Shown here one piece after another: positions 52,834-64,000 of a DNA stretch of 64,000 bases. Every line of letters starts with the position of its first letter. The first letter of the stretch is position 1. A model generated the notes under the pieces. It saw only the letters and a list, made by a program, of their open reading frames with translations, did not search any database and was not told where the DNA came from. This DNA comes from Geosiphon pyriformis uo1 (lineage: Eukaryota; Fungi; Glomeromycota). The DNA lies in NCBI GenBank assembly GCA_016748015.1, contig JAAOMT010000671.1:62001-126000 (forward strand), given 5' to 3'. Made by a program: the position numbers and the translations under genes.

Positions 52834-54577
52834 TGTTATGGTTGAAACCCATACTTTTTATTAGTTATTATATATATTAGTCACTAATATTATATAATTA
52901 GCCACTTTATTTTTAAATAATAATTATTGACTTGATTAATGACCTGATTATTAACCTGATTATTGATTTGATCATTGATTTGATCATTAATCTAATTACT
53001 GATCTGATTATTGACCACTTTTAATAGCTATATAAGTAGTAAATCTTTTAGCTATAGAAAAACATGATCAAAATAATGAAATAAAACTCATTATCTATTC
53101 TTTTTTCTTATATTGCTTTTTTTTTTCCCTACTTTTAAGTATCTAAACATCTTGGGATAAAAAATTACTTGTTGGCATTTACATATCTTATTTTTTTTCT
53201 TTTTTAATTTGTGTTGTTAAAATTAGCCTAAGAAATAATTGTTTGTTCTTGTAATTTATTAAATTAAAAAGTACAATAATATTTGTTATTAATTCTAAAT
53301 TGCCAAGTTAAAACATAAAACAATAACAGTAGTGTTATTTTGTTAATAATCACAGACTATTCTTTTACCTTCAAATTTTCAGAAAAAATTTGTGACTGTA
53401 ATTTTTATGAGACTAATTATGTATATTAAATCTTTATTCATTTAATTCACTCTTTTATTGTAATTCTTTTTTTGATTATTTCTATCACCCTACAATCCTG
53501 TTTTTTCTTATTATCTATTAGCTTGTTATTCCAACTCATAACATAAAAGTAATGCTTCCTATAAGGTTGTCAAAATTTACTTTGTTTCTTATTATATAAA
53601 TAATTATTCATATCTATTATAACAATCAGAAAAACACTTTGAAACACACAACAAAAACAATCTAAACTTTATTAAACTCAATCTTTTGTCCTTCTGCTTG
53701 ATTTGTTTCTCTATTAAAGAACAATCCAGTAGACAATTCCAAGACTTTTGGAACTGGTTTTTAAATGAGCATTCAGTTAAAATTTACACAGTTTATATAA
53801 TTTATTACTTTGATTAAACTTATTTTGAAGACAACTTTAAAGAAAGAAATAACAGTATTAATTAGCTTTTATACTCCACAACCTTTAAACAACAGTCCCT
53901 TAATTTCAAATACTTAAATTACCAAGCTCACATTTGAATTGCTGTCTATTAGTTAGCTAAAACTTTTTTTGAAACAAAAGAAGAAAGTTATCAAACCACT
54001 CCTGTTTTTGATCTCTTTTCAAGTAAATCAGAACATTCTACACAAACAGCTATTCCTAAACCAATAGCTAATGACTCTATATAACAAAATATTTTGGTCA
54101 TTTTCTAAGACATACAAACTGTTTTAAGACAAAAAAACAATACCTTATTATTTTTATTCAGAGAAAATATACAAAACCCAATTGAATGATTAGATAATTT
54201 TGAAAGAACAACTATTACTAATTAATATAATGCTGAGTATAAGTTCCAAATCATTGGTGGCTATCTCCAAGGCTTTTTTGTTACTTGGTTTTTACAAAAA
54301 ACTAATGTTGGTGTTTACCAAAAAATTATTAGATAGACATCAACAAACACTAAAGAAGAAAACACCTTTTTTACAATTTGGTTTGAAACTAAATTTAGAA
54401 CTTTTATCTTAATCTCCAAATAGCATATGGAATTAGAAAAAAAAATCCAGTAAAGTTGTAATTAAATATGCCAAAGCAATCAGAAAACTAATTAAATAAA
54501 TAAACTTTAGAAAAAATTAGACAGAAAAGCAAAAGATTCATTCTTTTACAAAAAGATTGAGAACTGATTTATTATAT
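52834..54577 (+). mobile_element. LTR element family C, copy C1 (5' LTR 52834-53543, PBS, start of gag), interrupted by A2
   Basis: TGTTATGG...CATAACA; decayed PBS at ~53549-53566; gag-like NPIE*LDNFERT..YKFQIIGGYLQG. Confidence 0.82.
52921..53016 (+). repeat. ~8 x 12-bp tandem repeat (TGATYATTGAYY) in C1 U3
   Basis: Directly visible; about one unit in C2. Confidence 0.85.
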
Positions 54578-57500
54578 TGTTACAAGTAATTATTTGAGGT
54601 CTCAAGCCAAATAACAAACATATAATTTGGTGCTAATTTACTTAATAACATTGATAATATCTGTAAGTTGTTTGTATCTGAAGATTTTGGTTGAGTTTTT
54701 TGTATAATGAACAGAAATTCAATTGTGGTTTTAGTAGCCTTTTGGAATTGCAATTCCATCAAATTTTTTTCTCAACATGGTGGCTGGTAATTCTCTTGGT
54801 AAGCTATCCTCAAATCTATGAGTTTTTACCCTTATTTTATGGGTCTTTTACCAGTTCCTATGATATTTATAACTCAATGCTTTTAATTTTTAATCAATTA
54901 GTACCAACAAGAAATAACAAAAAGAAGAAGAAAAATAAAATAAAATAAATAAAGAAATAAGCCAAAACAATGAATGTTAATATCTCATTAATAGTTATAA
55001 TCAAGAGCTATTGTTTCAGTATGATTAAGTATCAGTTATTATCAACATGAAGTGTTAATAGTGAAGAATGGATTGAGATAGTAAATAATTATTTATTAAT
55101 ATTTGTAAATAGAAAGGTTGTTTAGATCAAATCTAAACTGAGAGATCTGTTTTTTTTATTTCTAATGCTATTGTTATATATACATAATTAAGATTTCTCA
55201 ATTTTTTAATTTTTCATACCAGGAATTCTAGAATTCCTGGAATCTTGCAATTTCTTTGAGAGGAATTCTGGAATTCTGGAATCTTGTGATTCCTTGTATG
55301 AGAATTCTAAAATTCTTGGAATTTTGCAATTTTTCTAAAAAGAATTCTGAAATTCTACATTTACTATGACTACTTCTGATTGGCTAATTTATATGCTAAT
55401 ATACTTCCTATATTCTAAGAGTAACATTATTCTCTTTTTTTTAATATTGAGCTCTTTTGAGATTTCCTAATTTTAACTCTCTGTCTTTGAGTATTTCTTG
55501 AATTTTTTTTTTGAGAATTACTTGTGTTATCTTGTTTTGTAATTTTTCGAATTGGGCATTGGTTATTTTTCTTATTTGGTTAATGATAATAGAGTTCATT
55601 GCTGAATTGAGTAAAATTTCTGGTTGGTCTTGAAATTCAACTTATAATTAATAAATAGCTTGTGCTTGTGTGATTAGATTGTTCTTTCTCACAAATTGTT
55701 TAAGTTGCTATAATATTTCTAAATTGAATAATTGCTTTGTCTTATCCATATATAAATTTTGGATATTCAGATGTTGTCCCAAGTGAAAATAACAAAAGTT
55801 TTTTGGAAATTGTTGTGTCTACCAATTCCATGTTTCTATCATCAACTCTTAATATTAGGTGACTTTTAGTTGTGTTTTTATTATCATTTTTACTTTTGTG
55901 ATTATTTTGTTAATAATATTTTTTGTTTTTCTCTGTACTTTATCTTGTGGTCTCTTTCTGGTGTTTTTGTATTTGATGGTTTGTTGATTGATTGTAATTT
56001 CTATTTCTTGTTATTGGATCAGTTGAAAGAGTTGTTGTGCTAATAAGTGGATGTTGTTGGTAATTTCCATTTTTCTGCTGTTTTTTGTTATATCTATCAT
56101 GTTTTTATATTTTTTTAGATGTTCAATTTGACATGTTGGTGTCAATGATAATGATTGGTTTTAGATCTTATGGAATCTCATCTGGTTAGACTAGTATTCT
56201 TTGTACTTCTAATTGTGAAATATTATTGGTAGATAATGATACTATATGGTAATATAGTTTCAGTTGATTACTATGTGCTACTTTGGTTAAGATTTTGTTG
56301 TTCAACTTTAATTTATAAGCTCTATTTTTTAGAATTTTCTCTATGTGAAATGGTCTGTTCCATTTGGGGTCGAATTTTTCACTTCATTGTTTTTCCACTT
56401 TAGTACAATATAAAAGTACTTTGTCTTCAATCCTGAATTTAACTAGTTTATTTAATAGTTGGTTATCATGTCTTTTTTTTTGTTTTTCTTGTGACTTTTG
56501 AATATTATCAGCTGCTTTTCATCATTTATTTTCTAGTGTTTCCATTAAGTTATATGTTTTTTTCAACAATTTTTCTTGGAAATTATCTTTTGTTATTGGT
56601 TCAGTTGGATATGTGTTGACTTTTATCTCAACTGGTAATATTGTTGTTCTACTATATACTAATTCAAATAGTGTTGCTTGTATAGTGTCTTGCTTTATTG
56701 TCCAATAAGCAAATAATACTAATGGTATAAACAAATCCCATTTATCTTGATTTTCTTGGCTGATTTTAGCAATTGCTTTACACAATGTTCTATTGAATCT
56801 TTCAACTAAGCCATTGGTTTGTGAATGATATGATAATAATAATGGTCTTTTTATTCCAAATCTTTGACTTAATTTTGCTAATGTTCTATTCACAAAGTGG
56901 GTTTTTTGGTCAGATAGTAATTTTTTTGGACATCTGTGTTGACAAATTAAATCTTGATGAACGAATTCAGCAACAGATTCTGCATCTGCTTTTTGAATGG
57001 CTTTTGCTTCTGGCCATTTAGTAAGATAATTCATGGCTACTGCAATATATCTGTTGTCTTTACTGGTGATTGTTAATGGTCTGACTAAGTCAATTTCAAT
57101 GTAATTGAATAGTTGTTTTATTTTGATTGGTTTTAATAGTTTACTGAATCTTGTTTCTTCTCTTTTCTGACAAGCATCACAATTTTGAACATATTAAATA
57201 ATGTCTGAATACATTAATGGCCAATAGTATCTTTTTCTGATTCTTTTCATGGTTGTTTCTTTGTGAAAATGTCCTGTTGTTGAATCAGAGTACATGTTGA
57301 ATAATATTGTTTCTTTCTCTGGTTCTGTAATTACTCTGGTTGATTGATTTGGATTTTTTCTTTTTTTTTGATACAAAATATCTTGGTGAATAATAAAATA
57401 TTTGGATTGTTGTTTTATGTTGTTCTATTTTTTTGGAGATAATTTTTTCTTGAACTATTGGGTATTAATATAGTGTTAGAGTTGTTAATATTTTTGTGTA

Positions 57501-60378
57501 TTTATCTTTTGTTATATTTTTGGGTTGAAATGTTTTTTAGATTTGTCTTATTTGTAACAAACTATCAGTGTTACTCATAGAAAAAAAATACAAGAAAATA
57601 GTAGGAAAAACAGATAGGAAAAATAGACCAATAAGAAAATAGTATTTAGCACATGAGCATATTGCTTAGCAATATAAAGTATTGTTAGAGAATTATGGCA
57701 TATTGCTCAGCAATGAGCACACTATCAGAAATTACAAACATATTGCTTAGCAATATAAGCATTGCTTAAAAAATCATGGCATATTGTTTACAAATGTGCA
57801 GAATCTCATATAATATAAATTATATATATATAGTAAGAGTGTTAAAAGCAGAAAAAGTAATTTTTGGAGAATTCAATAGAGTTTTATTAATTTAGAACAA
57901 TCCCCTTGCTTCTCTATTTATTAATTTTTATTTTAAGGATAGTTGCTATCAACTGAAATAGAATTATATAAATAAAAGATTTCTCCAATTCTTTAAATTC
58001 ATGTTATTGTCATTTGTTTAAAAATATAATCACTTTTCTATTTATTAACATTTTATGTTGATAAAATCCAACACTTAACCACATTGAAACAATAGCTCTT
58101 GATCACAGCTATTAATGGGATACTAATTTCTTATTTTTTTTTCATTTTTATTTTATTTTTTATTATTTTTTATTATTATTTTTTTTTTGTTTGTTGATTT
58201 ACTATTGAGTAAAAAAAATTAAAGTGCTGAATTATTGATGTCAAGAATAGTCTGGTAAAAGACCTTAAAAGAAGGGTATAACATTGGGAATTTAAGAATA
58301 GCTTACCAGAAAGACATCTTTGTCAAATTACTAGCCACCATGTTGAGAAAGAAATTGGACAGAATTGCGATTCTGAAAGGCTACTAAAACAACTATTGAA
58401 TCTCTGTCTATTATACAAAAAACTCAATCAACAAAAACCTTCAGATATAAACAACTTTCAGAAACCAACATTATTATATCAATTGAGCACCAAGTTATAA
58501 GTTTGTTATTTGCTTTAAGACCCCAAATAATTATTTATAACATCAGCATTTCTATTTTCTTTTCTTTTTTTGTAATGTATTGTATAATTAAATAATGAAA
58601 GTTCTATTTTCTATCTAATATAGTAATTATTTTTAAATTCTTGTTTCTGGATTGAAGTCAATCTTTTGTGATTAGTGTACACATCAAACTTTTGGCTCAA
58701 GTATTTTTTCCATTTTATGACTGCCTAATAGATTGTTAAGTATTCTAGTGCTGAAGTTCTATAGTTTTTCTCAGCTGAACTTAAGCTGCGACTAGCATAT
58801 ACTACTGAGTATTCTTTTTCATCTGGTTTTTTTTAAGATAGTACAGCTTTTAATACTTAATCCAACACATTAGTTGTAATTATGAATGGCTTGCTATAAT
58901 CTGGATAAATCAATACTAAAGCTTAAATAAGTTTTCTTTTTAATGTATCAAAAGTTTCTTGCTAAGTTTCTATCCATTCATATTTGGTGTTCTTTGTTTG
59001 GAGCTAGTGTAATGGTTAAGCCAATTTGGAAAAATCTTAGATAAAATGGCAGTAGTAACTCACAAATTTCAAGTATTCATTAAGCCAAATGACATTACTT
59101 CAAACTTGAAATTTTCTTCTCAAGTTGTAAAAGCTGTTTTCTTCTTATCTTCTGGTTTCATAACTACTTGCCAGTAATCACTGTTTAAGTCTAAAGTTGA
59201 AAACCATTTTTTTTCTTCAAAAGCATCAAAAAGTTTTTAGATTTTTGGAGTTAAATAGCTATCTCCTTTTGTTACTCCATTAAGTTTTTAGTAATCTACA
59301 CAAAAGCATATTTTTCTATTCTTTTTATAGACTAGTATCACTAGTGATAACTATGGACTCATTGATAGTTAAATTAACCCATTGTCTAATATCTGATTGA
59401 TCTTTTGTCAAATGATTTTATGGCTTACTGATAGTACTCAATATGTTCTTTGTTTGATTGGTATTATATCTCCAGTTTTGATCTAATGCTGAGTTATGTT
59501 GGTTCTGCCAAATTTGTTTTCACTAGCAAAGATGTCATTGAAATTGTTGAGTAACATCTTAAGCTGCATATGTTGTAATGGTCTAAATTTTTCAAGTTTA
59601 TCTGTTCTAATTGTTTTGGTTGGAGCAGATAACATTCTTCTTATCTGTATATTGTTTGTGATGTGATATCTACATATCCACACAGTTGTGAAAAGTTTGG
59701 AATGGGGTTTGGTGATTTTTTTTCAACTTTAGTGCTTAAATATTTGATGATAGTTTCTTTTGGTATCTCAAAAACATCTCCTATTGTGTTGTAGATGAGA
59801 ATTTTGATATGTTTCAGGCTTTTGGCTAGTATGTAAAGATTGGTAAGTCCAATTTTTCCTGATTTACACATAGTAGTTTCTGCTTCAAAAATTTGAGCTT
59901 GATTTTTTACTTCCCTTTCTATGACTAACATGTACTGGTTATATGGTAAAATAGAAATTAATTAATAGTTGGAAATAATTTCTTTCTTGTTAATAATCTC
60001 GTCCTCTGCCATATTAACTAGTACATCTATTCTATCTGTGGATCTGAATCTCTGTACCCCTTTAGCTGTAATTTCTAATTTTTTCCTGTTTCTCACTGAT
60101 ACTAATTGAGCTATTTTAAACAGAGGCAGAAATATTGTCTGTACTATCTTTTTATTTGGCTCTATAATATAGGCTTTTTCTAAGTCATTCTGTAGTATTG
60201 CAATAATATTTCCCACATATTCTGCATCAATTATTTTTTTTCTAATATTGATTTCTTTTTTTGCTAAACTACTTCTAGCTACTAATTGAATTATTGTTGT
60301 TGCTAAGATTTCCAGTACTATTTTGAGATTAATACAGGTACATGAATGTGGTTCCAATTTTATAGCTTCTTTTTCTGG
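54578..60378 (-). mobile_element. Family A Gypsy copy A2 (3' LTR 54578-55426, extra ORF, IN, RH, partly deleted RT, dUTPase), interrupted by a solo LTR and element D
   Basis: Colinear with A1 12359-~17524. Confidence 0.92.
57569..58542 (+). repeat. Solo LTR (family A-related R/U5, different U3)
   Basis: TGTTAC...ATAACA with perfect TSD TCAG at 57565-57568 and 58543-58546. Confidence 0.93.
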
Positions 60379-63269
60379 TGTTATCAGAGTAGAAAAACCA
60401 ATTCAAAGTTATGAAAAAACATGATCAAAACGTGACATAAACACAGAATAGTACGCAATAACATTGAATAATGCATTATAACTTAGAATAGCACAGGATA
60501 ATGTGTTATAATGTAGGATAACACAAAATAACATATAATAACATCAGATAACATGTTATAATATAGAATAACTAATAATAACATAGAAAAATGAAACAAT
60601 AACAGAAATAACAAAAGCAATAGTTAGCAATAACAAAACAATTAGAAGCAATTCTGTAAAACCAAAAGAATGTATAAAAACGAGTAGTTGTAGAAAGTAG
60701 AAACAAGGAGACAAATAGATATGAACTTCTAGACAAGAATCAAATATTTTTACCCCTTCCATCATTTATTTTATTCCATTTTCATCTTCTAAAATAAATC
60801 AATTATCAAGAAATCAGAATCACAAATTTATGTTCTCAAACTTTGTAGAATATATGTGAATTGATCATTGTTTTGTATCTTCATTTCAGAACAGATGCTC
60901 TTAGCATAACTACTTCAAACCATTAACAATTTAGATCAATTGCTCTTGATTATGGTAATTGACAATACTAATTCTTTTCTTTCTTCTATTTTTCTTTTCT
61001 CTTTATTTCTTTTTATTTCTTTTTTTTATTCTTTTGTGAAGTGGCAACATAGTAAAATTGACTGTCTGAGAATAGACTTCATAATAGCCTGGTAAAAGAG
61101 AAAAGCTTCCCCTAGGGTTTTTGGATATTAATGTTATTTTAATAGCTTACTAAAAAGGTGAAAAGACAATACCAGATCTTAATGACTGCACTTATTAGCT
61201 CAAAGAAGAAAACTCACCTTTATAAGAAGTTGTAATCAGTAAGAACCAAAACTCTGTGCCTTATAACCAAAGAACTCAACAGATAAATTCACAACCAGTA
61301 AAATAAAATCTTCAGTGACTAATAATCAAAACTAAGCCAGCAAAATTATGCAAAAGACATATTATCAATAATTAAAAGCACCAAACATTACCATCTCCCT
61401 ATCACATCAAGTTTATTTATAACATTTGGTGCTTCCTGTGAGGTTATAAATCCACAAAGACAGAGCACCCTAAAAATTCACAAAAGTGGTGACTATTGAA
61501 ACAGTAGAAAAAGACTACTCCCTATATGGAAGAGCATTATTTTAATACTTTCAAAAAGATCTAGGAATATTAGCAGAAACCACTTATGCAGAAAGTGATT
61601 TTTGTAACTATATTAACACAAAAATTGACTGCTTATTAGGCTGTACAACCAACACAGAAAGACTTGGAGAACAAATTTATCAAAGCTTATTAGGGTACTC
61701 AACAGTTATAACTACCCGAGCAATTGCTGAAACTTTGTGCATAATTAATACAAACATTAAATATTACGTGGTAAAATGATTTCCTCAAGTACAACAACCA
61801 GTGGAATCTGATTCTGAAGAATACGAGTCCAAACCCAATAATGCAGCAGCCACACAAGAACAAGTCAAGTCTACAGTCAACAAGAAACCAAGATTTTTTT
61901 TCTTAACAACTCTATCATACTATCAGACACCTTAAAGTAAAATTGTATTCAACTCACCCCCAAAAATCCAGTTAGAAACACCACAAACTTTTGGAAATCT
62001 ACACCCTTGGGGTCAATACAGTTGGACTAAATTATTAGAAGAATATGGATCATTATTTGGAAATCTTATCCCAACAATTAATAAAACAGATGGAAATATG
62101 TCGACATGGGAACCACCACCAATCCAACTCTTGACCAAAACATCAACTACTCTTTTTGAAGAAACAGCTATCCTCCAGCCCATTGAGAAAATTAACAAAA
62201 AAAAACAACCAGAATTAGCACCAAGAGAACACTCTAGCATACAAACACCAAACCTCTCTACATTAACCAGTAAGGCTTCACCTACTCACCAGATTATGGC
62301 TTACCAAGATATCGTCAAATTAGAGAAATTCTCTGGTAAACAAAATGAGACATATACATAGATTGCGGAAGCTAAAAAAGTCATCACCACCAACAATTGG
62401 GATAATGATAAGGCCATTTAAGTGTTGTCATTTTTTTTGACCAAAACTGCAGACTTATGGTATCAAAGTCTTGTAGAGAAACCAACTGACTTTACTGCTT
62501 TTAAACTTGTCTTTCTGCAATATTTTTGTGACCCCAACACTCTCATCAGATTACAAAATTAGTTCAATATCATAAAACAAAAAGATCACAAAGCAGTAAC
62601 CACTTATCTTGGACAATTCAACCAAATTTTTCATCAAATCCAGATCATTGAAAGGGACTACTACACTGTGGCACAAATTTTTAATTAATTTATCAAAGAA
62701 TTAAAGAGCAGCCTTCTCTGATTTATAAAACTCTGCCACCCAACAAACCTACAAAAAGCAGTTAATTTTGCTCATGACTTTGAGTCAGCAGAACAAGAGA
62801 CTAACTATACTCAAGCCATTAATCTGGCTATTAATAGAACATCTGATATCAACACCAAAATAACTCAATTAAGTGAGAAATTCACTCAGAAAATTGAGGG
62901 ATTTTTAGCCAATACTATAAGACCCTACCAGCCACTACAACAAAGGAATAATAATAATAACAGATATTAACAACAACCTTGGAGATCTAATCCCCACAAT
63001 TATTACTATTGTCAAAAATCTAAACATATTATCCGGGACTGCTGTAAAAAAATAATGGACCAAAATCAAGGAAATCAATATTAGTAACTGAAATACCCTT
63101 AAAACATAGTATTCCAATACCCTACACCTCAATATTAACTGCCTTAATACTTACAACAAATTTAGTATACCCAACAACTGTCTCAGAACTATTATCAGTT
63201 ATCACAGCCAATGGCTCAAATAGCACCCCAATACCAAAACCCTGTTAATAACCAACCTAAACATCATGC
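60379..63269 (+). mobile_element. LTR element D (5' LTR 60379-61424, PBS 61425-61443, gag), interrupted by C2
   Basis: TGTTAT...ATAACA then tttggtgcttcctgtgagg; gag motifs LEKFSG, NNWD, knuckle YYCQKSKHIIRDC (first Cys lost). Confidence 0.88.
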
Positions 63270-64000
63270 TGTTATGGTTGAGACCTATACTTCTTATTAA
63301 TTATTACATGTATTAGCCACACTATTTTTAAAAAGTGATCATTGACCATTTTTGACAACTATATAAGTGATGAATCTCTTAGCTGTAGAAAAGCATGTAA
63401 TAACAAGCATCTGAATAATCAAGAATAAATAAAATAACAACTTTCATCTCAATTCTTCTCTTATTACTAATTTCTCTTTTCTTATCTTCAAGTATCTGAA
63501 TATCTTAAAGATAAAAGATTACTTGTTGGCCTTTTCTTGACATATATAATTGTAGTATTTGAAAATTATTTAAATAAACGTGACTGAAAAGCACAAGTTG
63601 ATACCTGATATTGAATTCTAAGAGCACCAACATGAGGCATAGAATTATACCAGTAGTGATCAATTGTTGACAGTACAGACTATCCCTCTACTTTCAGATT
63701 CTTCAATTACTTTTGAAAAGAATAGCAACTGAGATAATTTATGAAACTGATCTTGCACATTGAATCTATATTCATTCAATTTGCTCTTTAAAGTTGAATT
63801 CCCCTTTGATTATTTCCATCACCCTACAATTCTGTTCTCCTTTGCTATCCATTAGCTTGTTACTCCAACCCATAACATAAAAGTGGTGCTCCCTGTGAAG
63901 TTGTCAAAATTTACTTATTTCCTCATTGTATGGGTAATTATTCATACTTGTCACAGCAATCAGAAGAACACTTTGCAGCACACAACAGAAATGACCTAGA
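63270..64000 (+). mobile_element. LTR element family C, copy C2 (5' LTR 63270-63877, PBS 63884-63900), continues past the window
   Basis: Same termini and post-PBS sequence as C1. Confidence 0.87.

Noticed and set aside
57655-57790. CRISPR-like array with palindromic repeats
   Set aside because: Spacers are themselves repeated, it lies inside an LTR U3, the context is eukaryotic and there are no cas genes.
52834-63877. C1 and C2 LTRs as the two ends of one element
   Set aside because: Both are followed by a PBS and the same internal sequence, C2 has no upstream PPT, and their middles differ.

Overview
Eukaryotic, intron-rich fungal DNA. Gene structure and transposon families resemble Glomeromycotina, Geosiphon-like (inferred from memory, not from a search). 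A CpG-retaining island of ~11 kb (~30.8-41.75 kb) holds three intact minus-strand RNA-processing genes (SUGP1-like G-patch protein, SQT1/AAMP WD40 protein, FIP1) and a decayed SEA4/MIOS fragment. The rest is nested retroelements carrying heavy C>T/G>A mutation: two full-length LINEs (ORF1 plus APE-RT-RNaseH-Zn ORF2, joined by an ATGA stop/start overlap); a ~2.3-kb ORF1-only non-LTR element with poly(A), a 16-bp TSD and a 3' tail shared with those LINEs, split by an LTR insertion; and at least four Ty3/Gypsy-type LTR families with 4-bp TSDs. Families A and B carry a Cys-rich Zn domain plus dUTPase after the protease region, and A has a ~230-codon extra ORF after integrase. All seven readable LTR target sites have a central dinucleotide that is CG or a CG decay product. 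One apparent gag duplication is bounded by Nextera/Tn5 mosaic-end adapters and is an assembly artefact.
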